The notes under the pieces are model-generated. The model was not told where the DNA came from, made no database searches, and was given only the letters and a program-made list of their open reading frames with translations. The translations under genes were made by a program, and so were the position numbers. Shown here piece after piece: positions 9,519 to 19,341 of a stretch of 64,000 bases of DNA. Source of the DNA: Methanobacteriota archaeon (GTDB taxonomy: Archaea; Thermoplasmatota; Thermoplasmata; RBG-16-68-12); NCBI GenBank assembly GCA_005878985.1, contig VBMA01000075.1, positions 12,120-76,119 on the forward strand. Reading direction: 5' to 3'. Numbering within the stretch: the first letter of the stretch is position 1; every line of letters starts with the position of its first letter.

Positions 9519-10118
9519 ATGCCCGCCCGCGATCGAAAAGCCTCCACGATCAGCCCTCAGATGGACCTCGCGGGAATGAACTCGGACGAGGCGCGCGAGC
9601 TCCTCGCCGCCGCCCTGACGCCGGATCCGCAATCCGGGATCCTCCGACTCTCGGATCAGCCATGCCTCATTCTTCGAGCCGAGGTCATCGTCAGCATCCA
9701 AAAACAGCTAGAACAGACGGTGGGCGGGTCCGCGAAAGGAATCCTGTATCTGTCCGGGGAGCGGAGTTCGGATGCCGGCCTGAAGTTCCTCGGAGCCTTG
9801 ACGAATGGGATTTCACTGCCCTTGACGCTGGAGGGAGCGAAGCGGATCATCGACGCGTCCGCGCTCACCGGTTGGGGGCGGACCGAAATCGTCCACTTCG
9901 AGCCGGACCGAGGTCGCTTCATGGTCGCGAGACACAACAGCCCGATCGCCCAGGCGTACGGGCCCTCCAAGAAACCCGTGTGCCACTTCCTCGCCGGATG
10001 GATGGCGGGGATCGGCCGTCTGCTCGTGGGCAAGGAGCTCCTCTGCGAGGAGATCTCGTGCATGGCACAAGGGCACGATCGGTGCGAGTTCGAGCTGCAA
10101 CCGATGCCGATGGCCTGA
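9519..10118 (+). CDS. V4R-domain protein (putative hydrocarbon/ligand-binding)
   Basis: C-terminal CHFLAGWMAGIG...EEISCMAQGHDRCEF is the V4R Cys pattern (COG1719-like). Confidence 0.6.
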   Translation: MPARDRKASTISPQMDLAGMNSDEARELLAAALTPDPQSGILRLSDQPCLILRAEVIVSIQKQLEQTVGGSAKGILYLSGERSSDAGLKFLGALTNGISLPLTLEGAKRIIDASALTGWGRTEIVHFEPDRGRFMVARHNSPIAQAYGPSKKPVCHFLAGWMAGIGRLLVGKELLCEEISCMAQGHDRCEFELQPMPMA

Positions 10119-10173
10119 GTCGGCGGAAAGCCTTTTACCCGTCTCGCTTTTCCACAGCGGGGCCCGGGAGAAC

Positions 10174-11466
10174 GTGGAGCGTTTCGATGCTATCGTGGTC
10201 GGGGCCGGGCCCGCGGGCTCCTCCGCGGCGTTGACGCTCGCCCGCAAGGGCTTCTCGACCCTTCTGGTGGAACGGGGACGGGCTCCTGGCGTGAAGGGGA
10301 TGTTTGGCGGGCGTATCTATGCCTGGCCTCTCGCCGATCTGGTTCCGGAGTGGGCGAAGGACTGCCCGATCGAGCGGCTCGTGATTCGCGAGAATCTCGC
10401 CTTCCTCACCGAGGACGCGTCCCTCACCGTCTCGTTTGATTCCCCGAAGCTCGCCCAGGGCCGCGGGACGAGCTTCACCGCGGTCCGCGCGAAGTTCGAC
10501 GCATGGCTGGCGAAAAAAGCCCAGGACGCCGGCGCGATGCTCGTCACCGGGATCCGCGTGGACGACCTCTGGCGGGAGGGCGGTCGCGTGCGAGGCGTTT
10601 CCGTCGCCCCGAACGATCATGTGGCATCCGATCTGGTCGTCATCGCGGAGGGTGCGGCGTCGACGTTGGTCCGAGAGGCGGGCTTGAAGGCAGACCTGGA
10701 GCCGCGAGAAGTGTCCGTCGGGATCAAGGAGACCGTCGAACTTCCAGCGGAGACGATCCAAGAACGATTCGGTCTGGGCGAGAAAGAAGGGGCCGCCTAC
10801 GTGTACGCGGGTCATGCGTCGATGGGCCTCCGTGGAGGCGGATTCCTGTACACGAACAAGGCATCCGTATCCATCGGACTCGTCGTCTCATCGGAGGACC
10901 TGTCTCGGAAGAAGGTCGAGGTCCAGGACCTCCAGACGAAGTTCCGAATGCATCCTGCGGTCCAACGTCTCCTTCGCGGCGGGAAGGTCGTCGAGTACAG
11001 TGCCCATCTCGTCCCGGAACTCGGGGCCGGGATGATGCCCCAGCTATCGACCGACGGCGTGCTCGTGGTGGGGGACGCCGCGGGCTTCCTCATCAACAAC
11101 GGCTACACATTCCGCGGGGTGGACCTCGCGATCGCGTCCGGCATCGCCGCGGGGGAAGCCGCCGAGGCCGCGCGGTCGGCCGGCGGCATGTCGAAGGTGA
11201 ATCTCGCGGTGTATGAGAAATTCTTGCGGGCTCGAAACGTGCTCACGGACCTCGAGCGGTTCCGACGAGCGCCCTTGTACATGAAGAACGAACGGCTCTT
11301 CGACGTCTATCCGCGGATGCTCATGGAGATCGCCGAGCGCATGTACACCGTGGACGGCAGCGGCAAGGAGCGCCTGTTCGACGTCGTCCTCGACGAGGCG
11401 TCCGCCGCCAAGGTGCCGAAGCTCAAGATGCTCCTCGATCTCCTTCACGGAGCCGGATCGATGTGA
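10174..11466 (+). CDS. fixC: FAD-dependent oxidoreductase FixC (ETF:quinone oxidoreductase-like)
   Basis: N-terminal FAD fold IVVGAGPAGSSAA; FixC-like over its length. Confidence 0.8.
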   Translation: MERFDAIVVGAGPAGSSAALTLARKGFSTLLVERGRAPGVKGMFGGRIYAWPLADLVPEWAKDCPIERLVIRENLAFLTEDASLTVSFDSPKLAQGRGTSFTAVRAKFDAWLAKKAQDAGAMLVTGIRVDDLWREGGRVRGVSVAPNDHVASDLVVIAEGAASTLVREAGLKADLEPREVSVGIKETVELPAETIQERFGLGEKEGAAYVYAGHASMGLRGGGFLYTNKASVSIGLVVSSEDLSRKKVEVQDLQTKFRMHPAVQRLLRGGKVVEYSAHLVPELGAGMMPQLSTDGVLVVGDAAGFLINNGYTFRGVDLAIASGIAAGEAAEAARSAGGMSKVNLAVYEKFLRARNVLTDLERFRRAPLYMKNERLFDVYPRMLMEIAERMYTVDGSGKERLFDVVLDEASAAKVPKLKMLLDLLHGAGSM

Positions 11467-11492
11467 CGGACCGCGGGCCGACGGCGCGTCCG

Positions 11493-12287
11493 ATGCGCGT
11501 CATCGTGTGCATCAAACAGGTCCCGCGGGCGCAGGAGCTCCAGGTCGACCCGGTCACGCAGACACTCAAACGGGTCGGCGTACCGAGCGAAATCAACCCG
11601 CCGGATGCGAACGCCCTCGAGATGGCGCTACGCCTGAAGGACCAGCACGCGGCCGAGGTCGTCGTCCTCTCGATGGGCCCGACGTCGTTCGACGAAAGTC
11701 TGGAACGCGCGGTCGCGATGGGCGCGGACCGGTCCGTGCTCCTGACCGACCGGATCCTCGGCGGCTCTGACACCGTGCCGACGGCGTACGCGCTGAGCGA
11801 GACGATCCAGAAAATCGGCGGGTACGATCTCCTCCTCTGCGGCGAGGAGACCACCGACGCATCCACGGGCCACGTCGGTCCCGGGATTGCGGGCCACTTG
11901 GACCTCCCGCAGATCACCTACGCGTCCGAGATTCGAATCGAGGACGGCAAGGTCCGCGCGCGACGAACGGCGGAGGACGGCACCGAGTGGTGGGAAACGA
12001 CGTTGCCCTGTTTGTGCACGGTCAATTTCGGCTGCAACAGGCCCCGGGAGCCGACCCTGACGGGGAAGATCCGCGTCGAGCGGGGTGGCGTGGTCACCCA
12101 CTGGTCCTGCGCGGACGTCGGGATTGATCCGAAAAAGGTCGGGCTGTTTAACTCACCGACAATCGTCGCGAAGGTCGACACCGTGAGGCTCCCGACGCGG
12201 GCCGGCCGAATCTTCTCCGGGGAACCGAAGGAGACCGTGCGTCAGCTCCTCGACTCCCTGATTGCGGACGGGGTGATCTCGCCGTGA
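11493..12287 (+). CDS. etfB: electron transfer flavoprotein beta subunit (FixA)
   Basis: MRVIVCIKQVPR... ETF-beta signature; ATG 11493 is in frame within the track ORF. Confidence 0.8.
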   Translation: MRVIVCIKQVPRAQELQVDPVTQTLKRVGVPSEINPPDANALEMALRLKDQHAAEVVVLSMGPTSFDESLERAVAMGADRSVLLTDRILGGSDTVPTAYALSETIQKIGGYDLLLCGEETTDASTGHVGPGIAGHLDLPQITYASEIRIEDGKVRARRTAEDGTEWWETTLPCLCTVNFGCNRPREPTLTGKIRVERGGVVTHWSCADVGIDPKKVGLFNSPTIVAKVDTVRLPTRAGRIFSGEPKETVRQLLDSLIADGVISP

Positions 12288-13351
12288 CGGACGTCCATGT
12301 CCTCGAAGACAAGTCCCATTTCCATGGGGTGTGGGTGTTCCTCGAACACCGGAGGCAGGGCCTTCGGGACGTCAGCGTTCAGCTGATTGGCGAGGGGCGC
12401 CGCATCTCGGACCTACGGAACACGGTGCTCACCGGCGTCCTCCTCGGGAATCGGGTCGACGTTCTTGCAACGTATGCACTCGGCTATGGATTGGACCGCG
12501 TGATCGTCGTCGACGATCCGCTCCTCGAGATTTACCGGTCCCGACCATACGCGCAGGTCATGGCGCAGCTGATCCGGCGGCACAAGCCCGAGATCGTCCT
12601 CTACGGTGCCTCGAAGAACGGACGGGACCTGGGGGGCCGCCTCCACGCGATCCTCGAGACCGGCCTGGCGGCGGATTGCGTGAAGTTCGACATCGACGCG
12701 GAGGGGAACCTCGACATGATCCGGCCGAGTTTCGGCGGGAAGAGCCTGGCCCACATCCTCTGCAAGAAGCATCGGCCCCAGATGGCCTCGGTGCGCCGCA
12801 ACGTGTTCATAGCCCCACCGCACGATCCGAGCCGGACGGGCGAGGTCGTCCACGAATCCGTCGAACTCGGGCCATCGGACGTCGACGCGACGCTCGTGGA
12901 CTTCCAGGAATTCGTCCGAGAGGGCGGCCTCCGTCCGGAAGAGGCCGACGTGGTCGTCAGCGGCGGCTACGGCCTCCGAGACCCGAAGGCGTTCGCGATG
13001 CTCCAGGAGCTCGCCGACTTGTTGGGCGGTGCGATCGCGGCCTCCCGCAAGGCGGTGGACAGCGGCTGGGTGCCGAAGATGCTGCAGGTCGGCCAGACCG
13101 GGATGACCGTCCGGCCGAAGCTCTATCTGGCCGTCGGCATCAGCGGCGCGGTGCAGCATCTTGCAGGGATGCAGGAATCCAAGAAGATCGTCGTCATCAA
13201 CATCGATCCGAAGGCGCCCCTGTTCGAAATCGCGGATTACGGGATCGTCGGCGATCTGTTCGAGGTCGTCCCCGAGATGATCGGTCAGTTGAAGGTCCTC
13301 AAGGCCGGCGCGTCCGGTGCCCGGACGGCGGTTCCGGCAGCAGCTCACTGA
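12284..13351 (+). CDS. etfA: electron transfer flavoprotein alpha subunit (FixB)
   Basis: ETF-alpha C-terminal FAD-binding region (PKLYLAVGISGAVQHLAGM); GTG start overlaps the etfB stop. Confidence 0.8.
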   Translation: MTDVHVLEDKSHFHGVWVFLEHRRQGLRDVSVQLIGEGRRISDLRNTVLTGVLLGNRVDVLATYALGYGLDRVIVVDDPLLEIYRSRPYAQVMAQLIRRHKPEIVLYGASKNGRDLGGRLHAILETGLAADCVKFDIDAEGNLDMIRPSFGGKSLAHILCKKHRPQMASVRRNVFIAPPHDPSRTGEVVHESVELGPSDVDATLVDFQEFVREGGLRPEEADVVVSGGYGLRDPKAFAMLQELADLLGGAIAASRKAVDSGWVPKMLQVGQTGMTVRPKLYLAVGISGAVQHLAGMQESKKIVVINIDPKAPLFEIADYGIVGDLFEVVPEMIGQLKVLKAGASGARTAVPAAAH

Positions 13352-14021
13352 GGTTCACGCGACGGAACGTCACGCCGAACACCGCCTGGAAATGGGCGAT
13401 CACGGACGCTTTCACGTCTTCGAGGTCGATGGCGTGCCCGAGGACCTTCTCCATGGAGGTCATGATCCCGCCGTCGTGGCCGCACGGCCGGATCTTAAGG
13501 AACTCCCGCAGGTCCGTCGTCACGTTGTGGGCGAAGCCGTGGAATGTCACGTTCCGATGGACCGCGAGCCCGATCGAAGCGATCTTCTTGCCGCCGACCC
13601 AGACGCCGCGCTCGGGGCCCTCCCGCGTCGCGTCGATTCCGAAGTCCGCGCACGTCCGGAGGAGGACCTCCTCGAGGTCCGTCACGAGCCGCTTCACCTC
13701 GAGCCGGTCTGGGAGCTTCAGGATCGGATAGCCGACGAGCTGGCCGGGTCCATGATAGGTCGCCTCGCCGCCCCGTTCGACCTCGAAGATCTCGAGCCCG
13801 GGGTCGAGGACGTCCTCGCGCGTCCCGCGTCGGCCGAGCGTCGCGACCGGATCGTGCTCGACGAGGATCAGGCCGTCCGGGATCTTGTCCTCCGCCCGAC
13901 GGTCGACGAGCGCCTTCTGGAGCTCCCACACCCCGCGGTACGGCTTGCGGCCGAGGTCCAGGAGCCACGCGTCCCGGACGATGAGGATCGGCGTTGATTC
14001 TCCTTCCGTCGTCGTGAGCAT
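13299..14021 (-). CDS. lipB: octanoyltransferase (lipoate-protein ligase B)
   Basis: RGGEATYHGPGQLVGYPIL and KKIASIGLAV motifs; its 3' end overlaps the etfA 3' end by ~50 nt (convergent). Confidence 0.75.
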   Translation of the reverse strand: MLTTTEGESTPILIVRDAWLLDLGRKPYRGVWELQKALVDRRAEDKIPDGLILVEHDPVATLGRRGTREDVLDPGLEIFEVERGGEATYHGPGQLVGYPILKLPDRLEVKRLVTDLEEVLLRTCADFGIDATREGPERGVWVGGKKIASIGLAVHRNVTFHGFAHNVTTDLREFLKIRPCGHDGGIMTSMEKVLGHAIDLEDVKASVIAHFQAVFGVTFRRVNLSELLPEPPSGHRTRRP

Positions 14022-14025
14022 GGGA

Positions 14026-15471
14026 TCAGCGGTTCAGCACGTGGATCGCCTGGCCGAGGGCGGCCTCCGCGCTCTCCATGACCGCCTCCGGCAACGTCGG
14101 GTGGGGATGGACGGTGAGGGCGATGTCGGCGAGGGTCGCGCCCATCTCGATCGCCAGGGTGAGCTCGCTGATCAGGTCGCTTGCATCCGGGCCGACGATC
14201 GTCGCCCCCAGGAGGACTTTCGAGTCGGCGTCGGCAATGAGTTTCACAAAGCCATCGGACTCGCCCGTCGTCAGCGCCCGGCCGATCGCCGCGAACGGGA
14301 CCTTCCCGACCCGGGTGCGCCGGCCCTGCGCGATCGCCTCCGGTTCCTGCAAGCCGACCGTGGCGATCTCCGGGTCCGTGAAGATCGCGGCGGGCATCGC
14401 GTGCACGTCGAGCTCGACGGGATGACCCGCGATCACCTCGGCGGCGGTGACGCCTTCCTTGGTGGCCTTGTGCGCCAGGAACGGCGGGCCGATCACATCC
14501 CCGATCGCGAAGACGTGCGGGTTCGAGGTGCGGAGCTGGCGATCCACTTTGACGTATCCGCGAGGACCGAACTCCACGCCTGCGACTTCCGCATGGAGAT
14601 CGTCCGTGTTCGGTCGGCGGCCCACGGTGACGAGGATTGCGTCCGCCCGTCGCGCGATCAATCCCTCTGGCGTCACGATGTCCACGACGGTTTGGCCTTT
14701 GTCCTCGCGCCAGCCGCGGGCTTGGGACTTCACGTGGACTTCCACGCCGAGCTTCTGCAGGTTCCGCGCGACGACGCGGACCGCCTCCGGGTCGGTCCCC
14801 GGGAGGAGCTGCTCCATGATCTCCGTGACGACGACGCGACTGCCGAGCTTCGCGTAGAACATCCCGAGCTCGAGGCCGGAAACCCCGCCTCCGATGATCG
14901 CGAAGTTCTGCGGGAGGCGGGGGAGCTCGAGGGCCTCCTTCGTACTGAGGACCCGCTTGCCGTCGAACCGAAACGCCGGCAGGTCCGAAGGCCGGCCCCC
15001 GGTCGCGATGATCGCGTCCGTGAAGGTCACCCAATCGGATCCTTCGGCCTTTCGGATCTCGAGGTCGTTCGGTCCCATGAACGAGGCATGGCCCGCCAGG
15101 ACGTCGACGCCGTTACCTTTGCACAGTTGCCCGATCCCGTTCACGAGGCGCTGGACGACGGACGTCTTCCACTGTTGCAACCGGGCCAGGTCGACTTTCA
15201 CGGGACCCGTTTCAATGCCGCGCTCGCCCGCCCGCTCGATCGCGCGGACCAAGTTCCCGGTGTGGATGAGCGCCTTGCTCGGGATGCATCCGTAGTTCAG
15301 GCATTCGCCGCCGAGCCGGTCTCGCTCGACGAGGAGGACATGCTTCCCGAGCTGCGCCGCGCGGATCGCGGCCGGATAGCCGCCCGGTCCCGCTCCGATG
15401 ACCACGACATCCGCGTGCCGGTCCACCAACCGACCGAACAACTCCGCTCTCTTAATCTCTTTGCGGCTCAC
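14026..15471 (-). CDS. lpdA: dihydrolipoamide dehydrogenase (E3)
   Basis: GAGPGGYPAAIRAAQLG and the redox-active disulfide GGECLNYGCIPSK. Confidence 0.85.
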   Translation of the reverse strand: MSRKEIKRAELFGRLVDRHADVVVIGAGPGGYPAAIRAAQLGKHVLLVERDRLGGECLNYGCIPSKALIHTGNLVRAIERAGERGIETGPVKVDLARLQQWKTSVVQRLVNGIGQLCKGNGVDVLAGHASFMGPNDLEIRKAEGSDWVTFTDAIIATGGRPSDLPAFRFDGKRVLSTKEALELPRLPQNFAIIGGGVSGLELGMFYAKLGSRVVVTEIMEQLLPGTDPEAVRVVARNLQKLGVEVHVKSQARGWREDKGQTVVDIVTPEGLIARRADAILVTVGRRPNTDDLHAEVAGVEFGPRGYVKVDRQLRTSNPHVFAIGDVIGPPFLAHKATKEGVTAAEVIAGHPVELDVHAMPAAIFTDPEIATVGLQEPEAIAQGRRTRVGKVPFAAIGRALTTGESDGFVKLIADADSKVLLGATIVGPDASDLISELTLAIEMGATLADIALTVHPHPTLPEAVMESAEAALGQAIHVLNR

Positions 15472-15512
15472 ACCCGTCTGTTCTGGGATGGCCGAACAAA
15501 ACGAAAAGGGTC

Positions 15513-15878
15513 ATGTCGTATGACCTCGATTTCGAAGGTCGGGAGGGGCGGTCCGCGGCAATCGCGTCGAAGGTCGAAAAATCCAAAATCTTGTTCAACC
15601 TGTTCACCGCAATCGTCGCAGCCGGCCTGCTCGCGACGACGTCTTTCTCTCTTCGCCCGCTGAGCGTTCCCGTCTGCATCGAAGGCGGCGAGTATGCTGG
15701 ATACCCGGTGGCGTTTTACATCCGCTGCTACGGTCCATTGATGCCCGGCGGTGGTCAGGGCAAAGACGATCCAGAATTCCGAGCGCTTCTCCTCGTAGTG
15801 GATGCGTTTTTTTGGTACTTAGTTGCCTTCGTTGCGACGGCCGTTCTGCGTCTGGCTGTGCGAAATCTCCGGAAGTAG
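15513..15878 (+). CDS. hypothetical small membrane protein (2 predicted TM), opposite strand inside the 2-oxoacid dehydrogenase cluster
   Basis: 121-aa ORF filling the E3-E2 intergenic gap, with hydrophobic segments. No recognisable family. Confidence 0.35.
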   Translation: MSYDLDFEGREGRSAAIASKVEKSKILFNLFTAIVAAGLLATTSFSLRPLSVPVCIEGGEYAGYPVAFYIRCYGPLMPGGGQGKDDPEFRALLLVVDAFFWYLVAFVATAVLRLAVRNLRK

Positions 15879-15894
15879 CTCTCGGCGAGAGACG

Positions 15895-17169
15895 TTACCC
15901 GGTATCCACGAAGATCGTCGCGGGATGTTCGAGGTAGTTCCGGACCGACTGGACGAACGCCGCCCCCACGTGACCATCGATTACGCGGTGGTCGAAAGAG
16001 CACGACAGGTACATCATTTCTCGAATCGCGATCTGGTCATCCCGCACGACGGGCCGCTTCTCGATCCTGTGCACCCCGAGGATGGCGACCTCGGGCCAGT
16101 TGATGATTGGCGTCGCGAGGATGCCGCCTTCTTTGCCGAGCGAAGTGATCGTGAAGGTGGAGCCTTGGACGTCTTGCAGGGAGAGCTTCTTGTCCCGCGC
16201 CGCGGCCGCGAGCCGATCGATTTCCTTCGCGAGGTCCCAGAGGCTTTTCTTGTCGGCCTCGTGGACGACGGTGACCGTAAGGCCCTCGTCCGTGGCCGTC
16301 GCGATGCCGATGTTGTAGTATCGCTTGACGACGATCTCCCCTCGCTCGTCGTCGACGGAGGAGTTCAAGGTCGGGAATTCCACCAGCGCCGCGAGGACGG
16401 CCTTGACGAAGAACGGGAGGAAGGTGAGTTTGACTCCCTTGCGCTCCGCGGTGGGTTTCAGATGGTCGCGCAGGTGGACGAGCTGGGTCATGTCGACCTC
16501 TTCCACGTACGTGAAGTGAGCCGCGGTTGCGTTGGACTTCGCCATTTTCTCGAAGATCCGCTTCCGCAGCCCATGAATCGGGATCCGCTGTTCGCCGGCG
16601 GTGGGAGCGATCGGGGCTGCCGGGACGGCCACCGCGGCGGCGACTCTCGAGGGGCCTTGAGCCGCCTTGCGGACGTCATCTTCGGTGAGGCGACCTTGCG
16701 GGCCACTCCCTCGGACGGCCGCGAGATTCACGTTGAGTTCCTTCGCGAGGCGACGGACCGCGGGTGCCGCGAGGACCTCGCCGGAGGGACCGGGCGCCGG
16801 TGGCGCCACCGTCATGACCGGCGGCGGTGGAGCCGAGGCCGGCCGGGTGGTTTCCGGTCTGGGCGGGGCGATCTCGCCCGCCTCGCCGAACACGACGAGG
16901 GTGTTGCCGACCTTGACGACCTCACCTTCTTTCGCGCGAAGCTGGAGGATTTTCCCCGTGACGGGGGAAGGGATTTGGACCGTCACCTTGTCCGTCATGA
17001 CCTCGACGATCGGGTCGTTCTCCTTGACGGCGTCCCCTTCCTTCACGAACCACTTGACGACCTCACCTTCGTGGACGCCCTCCCCGATGTCGGGGAGCTT
17101 GAACTCGCGGGCCATCTTCTCTCGCTCGGCGACCGTCGCAAGCCCCGCGGCCGACTTAACATTTTGCAC
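15895..17169 (-). CDS. dihydrolipoamide acyltransferase (E2)
   Basis: Lipoyl domain (VMTDKVTVQIPSPVTG), a peripheral-subunit-binding domain, and the catalytic CSFDHRVIDG. GTG start. Confidence 0.85.
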   Translation of the reverse strand: MQNVKSAAGLATVAEREKMAREFKLPDIGEGVHEGEVVKWFVKEGDAVKENDPIVEVMTDKVTVQIPSPVTGKILQLRAKEGEVVKVGNTLVVFGEAGEIAPPRPETTRPASAPPPPVMTVAPPAPGPSGEVLAAPAVRRLAKELNVNLAAVRGSGPQGRLTEDDVRKAAQGPSRVAAAVAVPAAPIAPTAGEQRIPIHGLRKRIFEKMAKSNATAAHFTYVEEVDMTQLVHLRDHLKPTAERKGVKLTFLPFFVKAVLAALVEFPTLNSSVDDERGEIVVKRYYNIGIATATDEGLTVTVVHEADKKSLWDLAKEIDRLAAAARDKKLSLQDVQGSTFTITSLGKEGGILATPIINWPEVAILGVHRIEKRPVVRDDQIAIREMMYLSCSFDHRVIDGHVGAAFVQSVRNYLEHPATIFVDTG

Positions 17170-17355
17170 GTTGCGATGCCCGGGCGCGTACTCCCGATGC
17201 GAATCGTTTTATGGCCACCTGCCGATGTCCGTACGGGGAGGAGTGGGGTCGTGGAGGAGTGGCACAGACCGGTGGGCGTGATTTGTGCCCGGCGCTTCGC
17301 GCCGGAAAGAGTCCCGGCCTGCTCCTCCTTTCTGTGACATCGGAGGGGAGTGACA

Positions 17356-17778
17356 ATGAGACGTCCGGTCGGGATATCCGTTCTTGGTGGGCTCGTGCTC
17401 TTGGCGGCTGTGATCCTAGTTCTGATTTCGATCGCGAGCTTCATCGTCGGACTCGCTTTCCTGCTGCCGTTCCCGAACGGTGGGCCGACGTTACCGGGAA
17501 CGCAGCTCCTTCTCAACGCGGTCCTATATTTCGTGATCGGGGTCGTCCTCGCGATTGCGGGATCGGGGCTCCTGCGGATGCGCGTGTGGGCGTACGGGCT
17601 CGCGGTTCTCGCCACGCTCGTCACGCTCGTCTACGTGGGCTACACCGCGTACCAGCGCTCGAACTCGGGGGAGGCTCTCAGCCTTGCCGCGATCCTGACG
17701 CTCGGAATCGTCGGCGTGATTTTCGTGTACCTGCTCGCGGCGTCACGCGCGTTCCGTCGGCCCTTTGGAACCGCCTGA
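17356..17778 (+). CDS. hypothetical membrane protein (4 predicted TM), opposite strand inside the 2-oxoacid dehydrogenase cluster
   Basis: ATG at 17356 preceded by GGAGGGGAG. A strongly hydrophobic 4-TM profile fills the E1beta-E2 gap. Confidence 0.5.
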   Translation: MRRPVGISVLGGLVLLAAVILVLISIASFIVGLAFLLPFPNGGPTLPGTQLLLNAVLYFVIGVVLAIAGSGLLRMRVWAYGLAVLATLVTLVYVGYTAYQRSNSGEALSLAAILTLGIVGVIFVYLLAASRAFRRPFGTA

Positions 17779-17785
17779 GCGGTCG

Positions 17786-18757
17786 CTAGAACGCCATGAC
17801 TTTGTCGATTGCGGATAGCACGCGATCCGCGTTTGGCAAGTAGATGTCTTCCAGGGTGTACGGGAACGGCGTGTCGAATCCCGTGACCCGCATGATCGGC
17901 CCGCGGAGGTATTCGATGGCCTTCTCGGCGAGGATCGCACTGATTTCTGCACCGTAGCCGCCCGTGCGGGGTGCCTCGTACACGACGACCGCTCGGCCCG
18001 TCTTCTTCACGGACGACAGGATCGTCGGCTCGTCCAGGGGTACCAGCGTGCGCAGGTCGATGACCTCCGCCTCGACGCCCTTCTCCGCGGCCTTCGTCGC
18101 CGCGTCGAGGCACACCTGGGCCATGTAACCGTACGCTATTAGGGTGACATCCTTACCCGGGCGACGGACGGCGGCTTGACCCAGGGGAACGGTGACCTCA
18201 CCTTCCGGCACGTCCTCCCGGGAGGAACGGTAGAGTTTCTTCGGCTCGAGGAACAGGACCGGGTCGGGATCGCGGATCGAGGATGTCAGGAGGCCTTTCG
18301 CTTCTTTCGGCGTCGAGGGCACCACGACCTTCAACCCGGGCGTGTGGCAGAAGTACGCCTCCGTGGACTGGCTGTGATAATGGCCGCCCCGGATTCCGCC
18401 GCCGAAGGGCGTGCGGATCGTCATCGGCACGGAGAACTGGCCCCCGGATCGGTAGCGCATCTTCGCGGCCTCCGAGACGATCTGGTCGAATCCGGGATAG
18501 ATGAAGTCCATGAACTGGATCTCGGGCACGGGCCGCAGGCCATAGAGCGCCATCCCGATTGCGGTCCCGATGATCCCGCCTTCGGCGAGAGGGGTGTCGA
18601 ACACGCGGTCCGGGAACTCGTCAAGCAAGCCTTCCGTACATCGGAACACGCCGCCGTTGCGGCCGACGTCCTCCCCGAGCACGATGACCCGGTCGTCCCG
18701 GCGCATCTCCTCGCGCAGGGCGTTGTTGATCGCCTGGACCATCGTCATCGCGGGCAT
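17786..18757 (-). CDS. 2-oxoacid dehydrogenase E1 component beta subunit
   Basis: Transketolase-like E1-beta from MPAMTMVQAINNALREEM... The track ORF extends further upstream as an artefact; ATG placed at ~18757. Confidence 0.8.
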   Translation of the reverse strand: MPAMTMVQAINNALREEMRRDDRVIVLGEDVGRNGGVFRCTEGLLDEFPDRVFDTPLAEGGIIGTAIGMALYGLRPVPEIQFMDFIYPGFDQIVSEAAKMRYRSGGQFSVPMTIRTPFGGGIRGGHYHSQSTEAYFCHTPGLKVVVPSTPKEAKGLLTSSIRDPDPVLFLEPKKLYRSSREDVPEGEVTVPLGQAAVRRPGKDVTLIAYGYMAQVCLDAATKAAEKGVEAEVIDLRTLVPLDEPTILSSVKKTGRAVVVYEAPRTGGYGAEISAILAEKAIEYLRGPIMRVTGFDTPFPYTLEDIYLPNADRVLSAIDKVMAF

Positions 18758-18759
18758 GT

Positions 18760-19338
18760 TCACGACCTCGTCGCGTAATATTCCTGGTACGGGTCTTCGC
18801 CGGGCTTGCCGCCCGGGAGGCGACCGAGCATTTCCGGATCGTCCTTGAACGGAAGCAAATCCGGGTCCTCGTCGAGGCGCTCCTGATAGTCCGGCTGAAG
18901 TTCCACGGCCTTGGCGAAGTGCTCGATGACCTTGGACTTGTCGCCCGACCGCGCCGCGATTCGCGCCAAGTTGAAGTGCGCACTCGCCCGCGTGGGCTCG
19001 AGCTTCAACGCGCGGGAGAACGCCTCGGCTGCCCCCTCCAGGTCCCCGGCATGGAACAGGTCGTACCCGAGACTGTGCCATGCCTGCGGGTTGTTCGGCT
19101 GCGCGTCGCACAGCATCCGGTCGATGCGAGCGGCTTCCATGTAGTCGCCTTCCGCCCCGAGGCACGCGGCGGCGAGGGCGCAGACGTCTCCATCGACGGC
19201 GCCTTTGCGCTGCAGGAGCGGGCGCAGCAGTGCGAGGGCTTCCTTCGCGAGGCCCTGCTTGAACAGTTCATGCGCCCGTTGCACGCCGGACGAAGACGAG
19301 GGCGCGGGTGCGGGAGCGGCGGATCCTTTCTTCGCCAC
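18760..19338 (-). CDS. TPR-repeat protein
   Basis: About four TPR-like repeats (AWHSLGYDLFHAGDLEGAAEAFSRALKLEP ...). Sits between E1-alpha paralog 2 and E1-beta. Confidence 0.55.
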   Translation of the reverse strand: MAKKGSAAPAPAPSSSSGVQRAHELFKQGLAKEALALLRPLLQRKGAVDGDVCALAAACLGAEGDYMEAARIDRMLCDAQPNNPQAWHSLGYDLFHAGDLEGAAEAFSRALKLEPTRASAHFNLARIAARSGDKSKVIEHFAKAVELQPDYQERLDEDPDLLPFKDDPEMLGRLPGGKPGEDPYQEYYATRS

Positions 19339-19341
19339 GAC

